DNA of 55,644 nucleotides from Candidatus Deferrimicrobiaceae bacterium. Its GTDB lineage: Bacteria > Desulfobacterota > Deferrimicrobia > Deferrimicrobiales > Deferrimicrobiaceae. The notes beneath the pieces were generated by a model. That model was given only the letters and a program-made list of their open reading frames with translations, had not been told where the DNA came from and searched no databases. Positions 1-10,208 of the stretch are shown here, piece after piece (the stretch's first letter is position 1; every line of letters begins with the position of its first letter). The stretch covers positions 1-55,644 of the forward strand of contig JBAVJZ010000068.1 in the NCBI GenBank assembly GCA_049688015.1, given 5' to 3'. Position numbers and translations under genes: made by a program.

Positions 1-1
1 G

Positions 2-1729
2 TCCGATATCTTCGATGCCCCGGAAAAGAGCTCCCGGTGCGAAACCGTTCTGCGCACCGGAAAGCCGGTGGAGGCGGAAGTGCTGCAGAAACGGAGGGAC
101 GGAACGCATTTCTGGGGAATGCTTCACGTTTTTCCGGTCTCGGGGGACCTGGTCCTTGGGCAGGTCACCGACATCACCCAGCGAAAGGACGCCGAAGAGG
201 CCCTTCAGAGGGAGAAGGACTTCTCCTCCCGGATCCTGGCGGTAGCGAACGTCCTGATCGTCGTACTGGACCGGGAGGGCAGGATCCTGCTCTTCAACCG
301 GAAGTGCGAGGAAGTGACCGGCTGGCAGGAACACGAGGTCCGGGGGAAACATATATGGGACTTTCTTCTGCCCGAACGGGGAGCCGAGGAGATCCGGGAG
401 GCATTTTCGCGACTGGACGAGAAGGACCTCTTCCCATTTCACGAAAACCCCTGGTATACGCGGAATGGTGACGAGCGGAACATCCGGTGGAACAACTCGG
501 TCACGAGGGACGAGCGGGGCGAGGTGGCCTGGGTGATCGGAACCGGCATCGACGTCACCGAGCAGAGAAAGCTCGAGGCACAGCTGCGGCACATCCAGAA
601 AATGGACGCGGTGGGGACCCTGGCGGGCGGGATCGCCCACGACTTCAACAACATCATCCAGGCGATCATGGGTTACACCTCGGTGCTCAAGGCCCGGATC
701 GGGGATGCCGGGTCCGGAATGGAGGAAATCGAATCGATCGAGAGGGCCGGTATTCGCGCATCCGAGCTCACCACCCAGCTTCTCGGGTTCGCGCGGGGCG
801 GCAAGTACGAGGTTCGGCCGATCGACATAAACCAGGTCGTGCAAAAGGTCGTTTCCATGATCCGGCACACCTTCGACCGATCGATCGAGATCCGGACGGA
901 CCTGAACGATGGGCTTCCGTCTATCGAGGGGGACGCCGGCCAACTGGAGCAGACGGTCCTCAACCTGTGCATCAACGCACGCGACGCCATGCCTACGGGC
1001 GGGACTCTTACGCTCGGGACGGGCCTCGAGGAATTTTCGGGAGAAGAAGAGGGAGTCCCCGAGAACCTGACGTGGGGGAAGTACATTTCCCTCTCCCTCT
1101 CCGACACCGGCGTGGGGATCCCCTTTGAAAACATCCCGCGCATTTTCGAACCGTTCTTTTCCACGAAGGAACCCGGAAAAGGTAGCGGGATGGGACTTGC
1201 GATGGCGTACGGCATCGTGAAGAACCACGGGGGGTATCTGGATGTCCGCAGCGCTCCCGGGGAAGGATCTACCTTCCGGGTGCTGCTGCCCGCCTCGTCG
1301 AAGGAGATATTGCCCCCCCCTGCCGTCGTCCCCGAGGAACCACCGCCCGGAGGAACGGAGACGGTCCTCTTCGTCGATGACGAGGAGTCGCTTCGTCTGC
1401 TGGCGGTAGAGATGCTCGGCAGGCTCGGCTACCGGGTCCTCACGGCCCGGAACGGTCTCGAGGCCATGAAGACTTACGAGGAAAGGAGGGGGGAGATCGC
1501 AATCGTCATCCTCGACATGATCATGCCGGGGATGGGCGGAGAGGAGACGTTCCACCGGCTGAAGGAAATCGATCCGTCCGCCCGAATCCTGATTTCCTCG
1601 GGTTACACCGTGGAAGGCAGACCCCAGAGTCTTCTCTCGGCCGGAGCCGCAGGGTTCCTCCAGAAGCCGTACCGGGTCGGAACTCTCGCGGCAGCGTTGC
1701 GCAGAATCATCGGGGGTGGGGAACCGTAA
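2..1729 (+). CDS. hybrid sensor histidine kinase (PAS-PAS-HisKA-HATPase_c-REC), 5' end cut by window edge
   Basis: The frame stays open upstream of the GTG at 68 back to base 2 ([26 protein letters not shown]...). H-box '[12 protein letters not shown]'; ATPase boxes '[11 protein letters not shown]', 'DTGVGIP', '[13 protein letters not shown]'. C-terminal receiver 'VLFVDDEE...[11 protein letters not shown]...SSGY'. Confidence 0.9.
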   Translation, partial: SDIFDAPEKSSRCETVLRTGKPVEAEVLQKRRDGTHFWGMLHVFPVSGDLVLGQVTDITQRKDAEEALQREKDFSSRILAVANVLIVVLDREGRILLFNRKCEEVTGWQEHEVRGKHIWDFLLPERGAEEIREAFSRLDEKDLFPFHENPWYTRNGDERNIRWNNSVTRDERGEVAWVIGTGIDVTEQRKLEAQLRHIQKMDAVGTLAGGIAHDFNNIIQAIMGYTSVLKARIGDAGSGMEEIESIERAGIRASELTTQLLGFARGGKYEVRPIDINQVVQKVVSMIRHTFDRSIEIRTDLNDGLPSIEGDAGQLEQTVLNLCINARDAMPTGGTLTLGTGLEEFSGEEEGVPENLTWGKYISLSLSDTGVGIPFENIPRIFEPFFSTKEPGKGSGMGLAMAYGIVKNHGGYLDVRSAPGEGSTFRVLLPASSKEILPPPAVVPEEPPPGGTETVLFVDDEESLRLLAVEMLGRLGYRVLTARNGLEAMKTYEERRGEIAIVILDMIMPGMGGEETFHRLKEIDPSARILISSGYTVEGRPQSLLSAGAAGFLQKPYRVGTLAAALRRIIGGGEP

Positions 1730-1759
1730 CGAACTCCGAACGGGGGGACGTCCTCTTCT

Positions 1760-2233
1760 TCACTCCGTCCAATGGGCTTTCTCGAAGCGCCGGATTTTCT
1801 CCACCCGCCGCCGATGGCGCCCTCCCTCGAAGGGGGTCGCAAGCCACACCCTCACGATGCTTCGCGCCCTGCGGGAAGGAACCTCGTTCGCCCCCAGCAC
1901 GAGTACGTTGGCATCGTTGTGGCGCCTGGCCAACTCGGCGTCCGGTACGGTCGATACCAGCGCCGCCCGCACTCCCCTTGCCTTGTTCGCTGCAATCGCC
2001 ATCCCGATACCGGACTTGCATATGAGGATGGCCCGGTCGGCTTCCCTCCTCCGAATCGCCGCGGCAGCGGCAAACCCGTAATCGGGGTAATCCACCGGAT
2101 CGGGGGTATTGGTTCCCAGATCCCGTACCGCATAGCCCTCCCCCGACAGGAACCGGACAAGATCCGCCTTCAGGGCCACTCCGCCGTGGTCGGCGGCCAG
2201 GATGATCCTCGGATGTCTGCTGCCCGCCTTCAA
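1760..2233 (-). CDS. rpiB: ribose-5-phosphate isomerase B
   Basis: 'RIILAADHGG', 'ILICKSGIGMAIAANK', 'NDANVLVLG' are typical RpiB/LacAB motifs. The TTG start overlaps the glk stop (TTGA). Confidence 0.85.
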   Translation of the reverse strand: MKAGSRHPRIILAADHGGVALKADLVRFLSGEGYAVRDLGTNTPDPVDYPDYGFAAAAAIRRREADRAILICKSGIGMAIAANKARGVRAALVSTVPDAELARRHNDANVLVLGANEVPSRRARSIVRVWLATPFEGGRHRRRVEKIRRFEKAHWTE

Positions 2234-3219
2234 CTGGCTCTCTCCTCGCCCGCAAGGGCATAATGCGCCGCGCCGAGCAACGCGGCCTTGTCGTCCCGGA
2301 TCACCTTGACCGGTACCTGCGAGAGGAACTCCCGGAAGCGGCCCTTGGAGAGAAACGACCCGAGAAAGGTCCCGTCCGAGAGAATCGGCAGGATCGAGGG
2401 GGCGATTCCCCCTCCCAGGATCACGCCTCCCGTTGCCATCACCTGGAGGGCAAGGTTCCCCGCCTGAGCCCCGTAAAGAGACGCAAAGATCCGCAGGGCC
2501 TCTCCGCAGGTCTCCGAGTTCCCGGATAGCCCCTCCCGCGAAATGACGCGAGGAGGGTCTTCCCCGAGCAGGCGGGCTTCGACTCCTTCGGATTCCGGCA
2601 TCCCTTCGGACTCGCGCAGGAACCGGTAGATCGCATGCAGTCCCGGCCCCGATACCACCCGCTCCACGCTGACGTGGGCAAGGTTCTTTTGCAGGAAAAC
2701 GAACAACCGGACCTCCCTCTCATCCCGGGGTGCGAAATCGGCATGTCCCCCTTCCGAAGCGACGGGCACATACCCCGCGCCGCTCCACACGAGGAACGAG
2801 GCCCCGAGACCGGTTCCCGCGGCGAGGACCGCGATATTTCCCCGCGGCTCGGCTTCTCCCTGCTGGAGAACGGCCAGGCTCTCTTCCGGAAGAAACGGGA
2901 CGGCAAAGGCGGTCGCCTGCAGGTCGTTGACAAGGAAGACGCGATCCGTCCCGAGAACGCTCCGGATCGCCTGCCCGTCAACGATCCACGGAAGGTTGGT
3001 CACCCGGCTTCGCCCGGACACCACGGGTCCCGCAACCCCGAGGCATGCTGCTGTAACGCCGGATTTGCCGACGAGATACTCCGCGAGAATCGATTTCAGA
3101 TCGGGGTACCGGCCGCTCGGAAACGAACGAAGCTCCGACCGCCGCAATGCGGTCCCTTCCCGGAAAAAGAGCGCGAGGTTTGTCTTCGTTCCGCCCACGT
3201 CTCCCGCCAGAATTCTCAC
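2230..3219 (-). CDS. glk: glucokinase
   Basis: N-terminal 'ILAGDVGGTKTNLALF' ATP-binding motif, ~330 aa. The GTG start overlaps the pgl stop (GTGA). Confidence 0.85.
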   Translation of the reverse strand: MRILAGDVGGTKTNLALFFREGTALRRSELRSFPSGRYPDLKSILAEYLVGKSGVTAACLGVAGPVVSGRSRVTNLPWIVDGQAIRSVLGTDRVFLVNDLQATAFAVPFLPEESLAVLQQGEAEPRGNIAVLAAGTGLGASFLVWSGAGYVPVASEGGHADFAPRDEREVRLFVFLQKNLAHVSVERVVSGPGLHAIYRFLRESEGMPESEGVEARLLGEDPPRVISREGLSGNSETCGEALRIFASLYGAQAGNLALQVMATGGVILGGGIAPSILPILSDGTFLGSFLSKGRFREFLSQVPVKVIRDDKAALLGAAHYALAGEERAS

Positions 3220-4064
3220 GCGGCACCACCATTCCCGTCCCGCACGTGCCCCCCCCGGGGGACCGGGGCGGATTTCCCCCCGAGCCTTGAGGCCGCGTCC
3301 GCATCCGCGAGGAAGGTGACCTTTCCCCTCCGGGGGGCAACCCGGGACGCAGGCAACCCCGCTCCCTTTCCCGTCAGCATCTTCTCCAGAACGAGGGCCT
3401 TCTCCTTTCCGCTCACCAGGAAGATGACGTGGGAGGAAGCATTCAGCAAGGGAAGCGTCAGTGTGATGCGGGGGACGGGCGGGTTCCCTCCCTCGGTCTT
3501 CGCCACCCAGTCGGTCCCCTCATCAAGGACAGGCGACCCGGGGAAAAGGGACGCGGTGTGTCCATCGGCTCCCAGCCCCAGCAGGACAGCGTCGAAACGG
3601 GGGAAGCCCCCTTTGGTCTCCGGGAAGGCGCGCCGAAGCATCTCCTCGTACCTGCGTACTCCCTCCCGGGGGTCGGACAGGGAAGTGTCGACCGGATGAA
3701 AGTGGTCCGGGGGGACGGGGGCCTGGGAAACGAGCGTTTCCCGCAGCATACGCTGGTTGCTCGACGCATCGTCCGAGGAAACCCAGCGCTCGTCTACCTG
3801 ATAGAAGTGGACAAGATCCCACGGGAAACGGCTCCGGTAAGGCTCGGAGGAGAGGGCCGATAGCGTGAGACGGGGTGTGTTGCCGCCGGAGAGAGCCACG
3901 GTGATTCGCCGCGCCCCCTTTCCGGACCGGCCCAGGACCATCGCGCGCTCCCGTGTGATTCCCCACAGACGTCCTGCCGCCGCCCTCGCCAGTTCCTCCG
4001 GGGTGGAAAGTACGAAGAGCCTGCCGGACAGGAGATCCCTCCCTTTCGTCACGCCACCCTCCAT
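3216..4064 (-). CDS. pgl: 6-phosphogluconolactonase
   Basis: 'VALSGGNTP' and 'LLGLGADGHTASLFPG' motifs of the NagB/Pgl fold. Overlaps the zwf 3' end by 16 nt. Confidence 0.85.
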   Translation of the reverse strand: MEGGVTKGRDLLSGRLFVLSTPEELARAAAGRLWGITRERAMVLGRSGKGARRITVALSGGNTPRLTLSALSSEPYRSRFPWDLVHFYQVDERWVSSDDASSNQRMLRETLVSQAPVPPDHFHPVDTSLSDPREGVRRYEEMLRRAFPETKGGFPRFDAVLLGLGADGHTASLFPGSPVLDEGTDWVAKTEGGNPPVPRITLTLPLLNASSHVIFLVSGKEKALVLEKMLTGKGAGLPASRVAPRRGKVTFLADADAASRLGGKSAPVPRGGHVRDGNGGAA

Positions 4065-5602
4065 TTTCTCCCTTCCCGGGCCAGGAGCTTGTCGGCCTCA
4101 CGAGGACCCCACGACCCCGCCGGGTAGAAGAACAGGTCACGTCCCGGGTTTTCCTTCCAGCGGGAAAGGAACGGCGCAAGCAGCGACCACGAGATGTCGA
4201 CGGTGTCATCCCGGGGGAAAAGGGACGCATCCCCCAGCATCGCATCCAGCAGGAGCCGTCCATACGCCGGCCGGGATTTCGCCCCGAACGCCTGCTCGTA
4301 GGTGAACTTGAACTCCACCGGCTCCACGCAGATCGACGGCCCGGGAGTTTTCGCACCGAACTTCAGGAAGATCCCCTCCTCGGGCTGGATGTTCAAGACG
4401 ATGTAATTCGACACCAGCTGCCCGCACACGGAGTTGTCGAACAGAAGAAACGGCGCCGGCCGGAACTTGATCGCAATCTCGGAAACTCTCCCGCCCAGCC
4501 GTTTACCCGTGCGCAGATAGAACGGGATCCCTCCCCATCTCCAGTTGTCGATGGTTAGGCGCATGGCGGCGTACGTCTCGACAAGGGACTGCGGCGAGAC
4601 GTTTTTCTCCGCCCGGTAACCCGGGACTTTCTTTCCCCGGACCTCCCCGGGGGCATACTGACCCCTGACGCATACCTCGCCGACATCCTCTTCCTTCACC
4701 GGCTCGATGGAACGCAACAGCTTGACCTTTTCGTCGCGCACGTCGTTGGCGGCAAGGGAGATGGGAGGCTCCATCGCAACGTTCGTGAGAAGCTGGAACA
4801 GGTGGTTCTGGATCATGTCCCGGACGACCCCCGCCTCCTCGAAATAGTCCCCCCGGCCCTCTACCCCGATCTCCTCGGCAACCGTGATCTGGACGTGGTC
4901 GATGTAATTCCGGTTCCACAACGGCTCGAAGACGCCGTTGGCGAAGCGAAAGACGAGGATGTTCTGGACGGTCTCCTTGCCCAGATAGTGGTCGATCCGG
5001 TAGACCTGGTCCTCGTGAAACACTTCCTTGACCTTGCGGGAAAGCTCGCGGGCGCTTTCCCGGTCGTGCCCGAAAGGCTTCTCGATCACGATGCGCCGGA
5101 AGCCGGAAAGATCCTCCGAAGGGACGGCAAGTCCCGCCTCTCCGATCCGGGAAACAAGGGGAGCGTAGAACCTCGGGGCGACGGAGGCATAGAAAATGAG
5201 GTTTCCCGGAATCCGGCGGTCTATCGTCAAAACACGGATCCGGTCACCGAGGGAGTTCGTGCCCTGCGGGTCGCCGATATCCCCGGGGTGGTAGAAAAGT
5301 CTTCCCGCGAAATCGTCCCAGCTTCGCTGGTCGAACGTCCCCGGCGAGCCGTCCCGGATTTCGTCCCGCAGGTGGTCGCGGAACACATCGTCCGAGTAGG
5401 GAGTGCGCGATACTCCCAGGACGGCGAACCCCTCGGGCAAAAGTTTCTCCCGGTAGAGCCCGAACAGGGCCGGGACGAGTTTGCGCTTCGTCAGGTCTCC
5501 CGAGGCCCCGAAGATGATCAGAAGACACGGGGGAGGGACCACGGTCGCCGGCATCTCGCCGGAAAGGGAGGTCATTCCCTCGCTGATCCCTTCCTCACCC
5601 AT
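4049..5602 (-). CDS. zwf: glucose-6-phosphate 1-dehydrogenase
   Basis: 'IFGASGDLTKRKL' NADP motif and 'RIDHYLGKE' active-site motif, 517 aa. ATG verified at 5600..5602, with an AAGGGA RBS upstream. Confidence 0.95.
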   Translation of the reverse strand: MGEEGISEGMTSLSGEMPATVVPPPCLLIIFGASGDLTKRKLVPALFGLYREKLLPEGFAVLGVSRTPYSDDVFRDHLRDEIRDGSPGTFDQRSWDDFAGRLFYHPGDIGDPQGTNSLGDRIRVLTIDRRIPGNLIFYASVAPRFYAPLVSRIGEAGLAVPSEDLSGFRRIVIEKPFGHDRESARELSRKVKEVFHEDQVYRIDHYLGKETVQNILVFRFANGVFEPLWNRNYIDHVQITVAEEIGVEGRGDYFEEAGVVRDMIQNHLFQLLTNVAMEPPISLAANDVRDEKVKLLRSIEPVKEEDVGEVCVRGQYAPGEVRGKKVPGYRAEKNVSPQSLVETYAAMRLTIDNWRWGGIPFYLRTGKRLGGRVSEIAIKFRPAPFLLFDNSVCGQLVSNYIVLNIQPEEGIFLKFGAKTPGPSICVEPVEFKFTYEQAFGAKSRPAYGRLLLDAMLGDASLFPRDDTVDISWSLLAPFLSRWKENPGRDLFFYPAGSWGPREADKLLAREGRKWRVA

Positions 5603-5672
5603 CCGGTTTCCCTTTCTTCGGGGAGGAGGAAGCGGCTTTCCCCGCGTGGCCCCCGATCTCGTTGCGCAGCAC

Positions 5673-6809
5673 TCAGGTCACCTTCGCCTCGGAGAGCTTT
5701 CTCTCGATCGCCGCAAGGAGCTTGCGGTAGGAGTCGGCGAAGCTCTGCACACCGTCCCGGACCAGCTGTTCGCACACCTCCTCGATACCAACGTCCAGGA
5801 GACCGAGGTCGTCCAGAATCGCCCTCGCCTCCTTCTCTCTCCCCGTCAGCGTGTCTTCGACTTTCCCGTGGTCGCGGAAGAAATCGATCGTGGCCAGGGG
5901 CATCGTGTTCACGGTATGCGGTCCTATCAGTTCCTCGACGTAGAGCACATCCGAGTACTTCGGGTTCTTCGTCCCCGTACTCGCCCACAGGGGGCGCTGC
6001 ACGCGGGCTCCCTGCGACGCGAGTTCCTTCCATCGCGGCGTGGAGAATATCTCCCCGAACCTTGCGTACGCCAGTCGCGCATTGGCTACTGCCACCTTCC
6101 CCTTCAGGGAGATCGCCGTCTCCGCCTTGGGCGACCCCGGCCACCGGGGGATCACCTCGTCAAGCAGCCGGTCCACCGCCGTGTCCACCCGCGAGACGAA
6201 GAAGGAGGCCACCGACGCGACGCGGTGCGGGCCCTTGCCCGGGGCGACCAGTCTCTCCACCCCGCGAATGTACGCCTCCGCCACCTCTTCATACCGCTTG
6301 ACGGAAAAGATGAGCGTCACGTTCACCGGGATGCCACGCGCGATCGTTTCCTCGATCGCGGGCAATCCTTCCCGGGTACCGGGGATCTTGATGAGTACGT
6401 TCGGCCGGTGGACCGCCTGGAACAGTTCCTCCGCCCTCTCGACCGTCCGCGCGGCATCGTACGCCAGGTCCGGGTCGACCTCGAGGGATACGTACCCGTC
6501 GGCACCGGACGAAGTGTCGTAGACGGGCCGCAGCACGTCGGCCGCGTTCCGGATGTCCTCCGTCACGATCTCCTTGTACGCCTCCATCACGCCGGCGCCG
6601 CGGGCCGCCATATCCTGAAACTGCTCATCGTATTCCCGGCCCCCGGAGATAGCCTTCTCGAAAATCGTCGGGTTGGAGGTGACCCCCTTGATCCCGTCTT
6701 CGGAGACCAGGCGCAGTAGCCCTCCCGACGAGATCAGCCCGCGTTCGATGAAATCCAGCCAGGGGCTCTGGCCGAGCTTTCCCAGTTTCACGAGTGGATT
6801 CCCCGCCAT
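5673..6809 (-). CDS. tal: transaldolase (long form)
   Basis: 'GVTSNPTIFEKAI' and 'VLIKIPGT' motifs. AAGGAG RBS 6 nt before the ATG at 6807..6809. Confidence 0.9.
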   Translation of the reverse strand: MAGNPLVKLGKLGQSPWLDFIERGLISSGGLLRLVSEDGIKGVTSNPTIFEKAISGGREYDEQFQDMAARGAGVMEAYKEIVTEDIRNAADVLRPVYDTSSGADGYVSLEVDPDLAYDAARTVERAEELFQAVHRPNVLIKIPGTREGLPAIEETIARGIPVNVTLIFSVKRYEEVAEAYIRGVERLVAPGKGPHRVASVASFFVSRVDTAVDRLLDEVIPRWPGSPKAETAISLKGKVAVANARLAYARFGEIFSTPRWKELASQGARVQRPLWASTGTKNPKYSDVLYVEELIGPHTVNTMPLATIDFFRDHGKVEDTLTGREKEARAILDDLGLLDVGIEEVCEQLVRDGVQSFADSYRKLLAAIERKLSEAKVT

Positions 6810-6855
6810 GCAATCTCCTTTCCCCGTAACGAAACGGACCGGTTCGGTGTCCGGT

Positions 6856-8880
6856 TTACGTTTTCCCGAGCAGGGCCTTCGCGCAAACCGCTACATTTTC
6901 CGGTGTGATACCCAACTCCTGGAGAATGCGCCCGCCGGGCGCGGAGGCGCCGAAGCGATCGATACCCACGGATGCCCCGCCGTCCCCCACGTATCGTTCC
7001 CACCCGAAAGTAGCAGCCGCCTCCACCGAAACCCTCGCACGCACGGATGGGGGCAGTACGAAACGCCGGTATTCTCCGGGCTGCTCCTCGAACCGTTCCC
7101 AGGACAGGAAACTGACCACCCGCGCGGGAATCCCTTCCGCCTCCAGGAGGTTTGCGGCCTCGAGAGCCACGTGCACCTCCGAACCGGAGGCGAGAAGGAT
7201 CACGGCAGGACGGCCGTTCCCCCCTTCTTTGAGGATGTATGCGCCGCGGAAGACGTTTCCTTCCCGGTACACGTCCTCCGGGGGGAGGACCGGGACATTC
7301 TGCCGGGTGAGCGCCATCATGGAGGGCCCCTCGGTACGCTCCATCGCCATCTTCCACGCCGCGGCCGTTTCGTTGGCGTCGGCGGGCCGGAAGACATGCA
7401 GGTTCGGGATCGCCCGAAGCGCCGCCAGATGCTCGATCGGCTGGTGGGTGGGTCCGTCCTCGCCAAGTCCTACGGAATCGTGGGTGAAGACGTAGATCAC
7501 CCGTATGCGCATGAGCGCCGCCAACCGGATGGCCGGCCTCATGTAGTCGGAAAAGATAAGAAATGTGGCCCCGTAGGGGATCAGACCTCCGTGTCGCGCC
7601 ATTCCGTTGAGGATTGCTCCCATCCCGTGCTCGCGCACGCCGAAGTGGAAGTTCCTCCCCCCGGGAGGCGCATCCGGGAGAAATGCCCCGCCCTCTTCCA
7701 TCAGCGTATCGGTGGAGGGGGCGAGATCGGCCGACCCTCCCGCCAGTTCGGGGATCTTCGGGGCAATCGCGTTGATCACCTTCCCCGACACCTTCCTTGT
7801 CGCCATCGCTGCGGTCCCGGGGGGAAAGGAAGGGAGGGCGCTTTCCCACCCGTCCGGGAGGTCCCCCCACATTACCCTCTCCCATTCCATGGCCAAATCG
7901 GGATAGGCTCCCATGTACGCCGCCATTTTCAGGCGCCATTCCCGCTCTCCCGCTTCCCCGCGGGGAACCGCCTCCCGGAAGTGCGCCAGCACGTCTTCGG
8001 GCACGAAGAAAGCGGGTTCCTTCGGCCAGCCGAGCGCCTCCTTGGTGAGGGCCACCTCCTTCTCCCCGAGGGGAGATCCGTGGGCTTCCGCCGTGCCCTG
8101 CTTGTTCGGACTGCCGAAGGCTATGATCGTCCGGACGATCACGAGCGTCGGGCGATCCCGTTCCGAACAGGCCGCCTCGATCGCCCCGGACATCCCCTCG
8201 AGGTCGTTGTTCCCGTCGGCGACCGTCAGCACGTTCCAGCCGTAGGCGCGGAACCGGCCGGCGACATCCTCGCGAAATGCCAGGTCGGTCGACCCCTCGA
8301 TCGTGATCCGGTTATCGTCGTAGAAAGCGACGAGGTTGCCGAGGCGGTGGAAGCCGGCCAGCGAGGCGGCCTCCGAGGCAACCCCCTCCATGAGGTCCCC
8401 GTCGGAGCACAAGACGAAGATCCTGTGGGATACGATTTCGTGTCCCGGCCTGTTGAAGCGCTGCGCCAGCATGCGGGCTGCCATCGCCATCCCCACGGCG
8501 TTTCCGAATCCCTGTCCCAGCGGCCCGGTGGTCACCTCGACCCCAGGCGTGTGGCCGGTCTCCGGGTGCCCCGGCGTATTGCTTCCCCACTGCCGGAACG
8601 CCTTGATCTCCTCCAGCGGGAGGTCGAACCCGGTGAGGTACAGCAGGGAGTAAAGAAGCATCGACGCGTGTCCGCAGGAGAGAATGAACCGGTCCCTGTC
8701 GGGCCAATCGGGATTCCTCGGATTGAACCGCAGGTGTCTGGTCCAGAGAAGGTACGACAACGGGGCAAGCGCCATGGGTGTGCCGGGATGGCCGGATTTC
8801 GCCTTCTGCACCCCGTCCACGGAGAGAAACCGTATGGCGTTGATCGCACGCCAGGAGAGAGAACCGTAGTCCACGAGCAT
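6856..8880 (-). CDS. tkt: transketolase
   Basis: '[13 protein letters not shown]', 'SDGDLMEGV', '[16 protein letters not shown]'. The ORF-track start at 9027 overlaps the upstream OmpA gene. The internal ATG at 8878..8880 ([20 protein letters not shown]...) gives a canonical N-terminus. Confidence 0.9.
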   Translation of the reverse strand: MLVDYGSLSWRAINAIRFLSVDGVQKAKSGHPGTPMALAPLSYLLWTRHLRFNPRNPDWPDRDRFILSCGHASMLLYSLLYLTGFDLPLEEIKAFRQWGSNTPGHPETGHTPGVEVTTGPLGQGFGNAVGMAMAARMLAQRFNRPGHEIVSHRIFVLCSDGDLMEGVASEAASLAGFHRLGNLVAFYDDNRITIEGSTDLAFREDVAGRFRAYGWNVLTVADGNNDLEGMSGAIEAACSERDRPTLVIVRTIIAFGSPNKQGTAEAHGSPLGEKEVALTKEALGWPKEPAFFVPEDVLAHFREAVPRGEAGEREWRLKMAAYMGAYPDLAMEWERVMWGDLPDGWESALPSFPPGTAAMATRKVSGKVINAIAPKIPELAGGSADLAPSTDTLMEEGGAFLPDAPPGGRNFHFGVREHGMGAILNGMARHGGLIPYGATFLIFSDYMRPAIRLAALMRIRVIYVFTHDSVGLGEDGPTHQPIEHLAALRAIPNLHVFRPADANETAAAWKMAMERTEGPSMMALTRQNVPVLPPEDVYREGNVFRGAYILKEGGNGRPAVILLASGSEVHVALEAANLLEAEGIPARVVSFLSWERFEEQPGEYRRFVLPPSVRARVSVEAAATFGWERYVGDGGASVGIDRFGASAPGGRILQELGITPENVAVCAKALLGKT

Positions 8881-8965
8881 CGACCCCCAAGTGTTTTTTT
8901 TAAACGGAATTCGGGTCGCTCCCCGGAACGACTCTGACAGGGAGCCCGTATTATGCCTGGAGGGG

Positions 8966-9658
8966 TTACCCCCCCCCGGTCTGCTGTGCCTGCAACTTCT
9001 CGTTCGGCCGGATCTCCAGCTGGACACGCCGGTTGAGCTGCCGTCCCTCCGGCGTCGCGTTGTCCGCGATCGGGTCCGTCTCCCCGTACCCGCGGACGCT
9101 CAGCCTCACCATTTGCACACCGTCTTGTTCCAGAATGTCGCGCACCCGCAGCGCGCGGCGCTCGGAAAGCGACTGGTTGTACTCGTAGGATCCGGTGGAG
9201 TCGGTGTGCCCCTCGACGGTCACGTAGGTGTCCGGATACTTGATCAGTACGTCGGCCGCGGCCTTGAGGGACGAATAGGCCTCCGGCCGGACCTGGTCCT
9301 TGTCGACGTCGAACAGGATACCCGACGGGAGGGCGACGTACAGCTTGTCCCCCTGCCGCGCCACGGCCGCCTCCGGCAAACGCCGCTTCATTTCCACCGC
9401 CTGCCGGTCCAGGTAGTTGCCGATCGCTCCCCCCACCACGGCGCCGGTGGCCCCGCCGATCAGCGCGCCACGGCCGGCCCGTTTCTTGCCCCCGATGAGC
9501 GCCCCGGTACCCGCCCCCACCGCGGCGCCCGCCATCGCTCCGATCGCGGTCCTCTTGTACTCGGTGGTCCCGTCGGGGTTGGTGGCACAGCCGGCCGGCA
9601 TCATAAGCATAACGGCCAAGGCAATGCCAAGGACCCTGTATTTATGGTTTTTCCTCAA
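8966..9658 (-). CDS. OmpA-family lipoprotein with glycine-zipper segment
   Basis: C-terminal OmpA_C motif '[22 protein letters not shown]...V...GYGE'; Gly-zipper '[18 protein letters not shown]'; lipobox 'MPAGC'. TTG at 9656..9658 lies 5 nt after a perfect AAGGAGG (9664..9670). The alternative ATG at 9706 has no SD. Confidence 0.8.
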   Translation of the reverse strand: MRKNHKYRVLGIALAVMLMMPAGCATNPDGTTEYKRTAIGAMAGAAVGAGTGALIGGKKRAGRGALIGGATGAVVGGAIGNYLDRQAVEMKRRLPEAAVARQGDKLYVALPSGILFDVDKDQVRPEAYSSLKAAADVLIKYPDTYVTVEGHTDSTGSYEYNQSLSERRALRVRDILEQDGVQMVRLSVRGYGETDPIADNATPEGRQLNRRVQLEIRPNEKLQAQQTGGG

Positions 9659-9928
9659 CTCTGCCTCCTTTGCACCATGGTAATAAACTGCCCGTTCCCC
9701 CGTCACGCGACGACATCATACCACCTGCCTTCCCGGGCAGGCGCCGCCATGCGACAGGCTGATAACCCCGAGATTATTCTCCACCACTTTGTCGATGATA
9801 CCCCCCGCCGGCGGTTTCCGGAAGCGGCAACGGGCAAGTCCCGCCGGATTATTCACATCCGGCGCAGAGGCGCGGCCAGGCAAACCGTGAGACAATAGTG
9901 TTCAGGGTCCGGAAAATCGGGGAGGAGC

Positions 9929-10168
9929 ATGATGAAGGTCCGGGTCTTCTGCTACGAGGGATATCGAGCGGTAGAGACGCCGCGCGCTTTCACCATCGGA
10001 GAGCGTCGCCTCGAAGTCACCTCCGTGCACGACCGTTGGCGGGGAAAGGACCACGAGTACGTGAAACTCGACGCCTCGGATGGAAATCGGTACATCCTCC
10101 GGTACGACAGTGTACGGGACGAGTGGGAGATCCACCTGATGGAAGCAGGACGGACGGGAGGACGTTAA
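9929..10168 (+). CDS. small hypothetical protein (79 aa)
   Basis: Balanced, non-repetitive composition (MMKVRVFCYEGYRAVETPRAF...). GGGGAGGAG RBS just upstream. Sits in an otherwise empty intergenic slot. No family recognised. Confidence 0.5.
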   Translation: MMKVRVFCYEGYRAVETPRAFTIGERRLEVTSVHDRWRGKDHEYVKLDASDGNRYILRYDSVRDEWEIHLMEAGRTGGR

Positions 10169-10208
10169 CGCCGGGGGGTAAAGCATCCGTCCCCGGAAGT
10201 CGGTCCTC

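Noticed and set aside
6673-8937. 754-aa plus-strand ORF, and similar long ORFs at 4802..6301, 5481..6719, 32733..34655, 35324..36805, 36947..38437, 38591..40141, 39897..41399, 21702..23453, 22369..23610, 50392..52005, 51500..53011 and 17720..19159.
   Set aside because: All lie antisense to, or out of frame within, genes with unmistakable family motifs (tkt, zwf, tal, M1 peptidase, gltB, gltD, ABC transporter, ypfJ, PrpD-family). Their translations are Arg/Pro/Gly-rich low-complexity strings typical of stop-poor alternative frames in G/C-rich DNA.
8881-8965. T8 run at 8893..8900 as an intrinsic terminator between the OmpA-like gene and tkt.
   Set aside because: Both genes are on the minus strand, where the run is an A-tract. 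The nearby GTCGCTCCCCGGAACGAC stem is interrupted and is not followed by U residues on the transcribed strand.
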